A DNA stretch of 64,000 nucleotides from Styela clava (taxonomy: Eukaryota). Below are positions 63,928 through 64,000 of the stretch, piece by piece. The position numbers and the translations under genes are program-made. The DNA is taken from the NCBI RefSeq assembly GCF_964204865.1, contig NC_135257.1, positions 3,472,001 through 3,536,000 on the forward strand. The letters run 5' to 3'. Position 1 is the first letter of the stretch. Every line of letters begins with the position of its first letter. The notes below the pieces were generated by a model. That model saw only the letters and a program-made list of their open reading frames with translations, made no database searches and was not told the DNA's origin.

Positions 63928-64000
63928 GGTTTCATTATCTTTGCACCCACGTACATTTGCACTCAGGACAATTTCACCTACGAACAATTACACCCATACA
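63928..64000. mobile_element. Start of a MITE related to 45983-46185 (runs off the window)
   Basis: tttgcacccacgtacatttgcac repeats resemble tttgaacccacgtacatttgaac. Confidence 0.45.

Noticed and set aside
1-64000. tRNA/rRNA genes and the many other 60-130-aa ORFs
   Set aside because: I recognised no cloverleaf or rRNA motifs. The short ORFs are low-complexity, AT-rich and mostly start at TTG/GTG, consistent with chance.

Overview
This is AT-rich eukaryotic (invertebrate) genomic DNA with spliceosomal GT-AG introns. Gene content and repeat style suggest an ascidian/tunicate, which is my inference and not shown directly. The left part is dominated by a Buster-type hAT transposon (2550-12994) whose transposase C-terminus is interrupted by a young, full-length BEL/Pao LTR retrotransposon (4677-12709; 853-bp LTRs, 5-bp TSD). 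After that come relic exons of two rhodopsin-class peptide GPCR paralogues, several hAT/MULE/Helitron-like MITEs and a fibrinogen-domain pseudogene. Host genes I assembled by hand are a 14-exon CNBD2-like gene (+, 28638-36590), a 5-exon secreted peptide precursor with a neurotensin/neuromedin-N-like motif (-, 37760-40417, missed by the ORF track and the top finding), a 5-exon tetraspanin (-, 42546-47203), an intronless FAM166/PYG-type ciliary protein (-, 47864-48766), a lipocalin-like exon and a sulfotransferase pseudogene. A foldback-like element with 10-bp modular inverted repeats lies at 56030-57976. All family calls come from motif recognition by eye; no database search was run.
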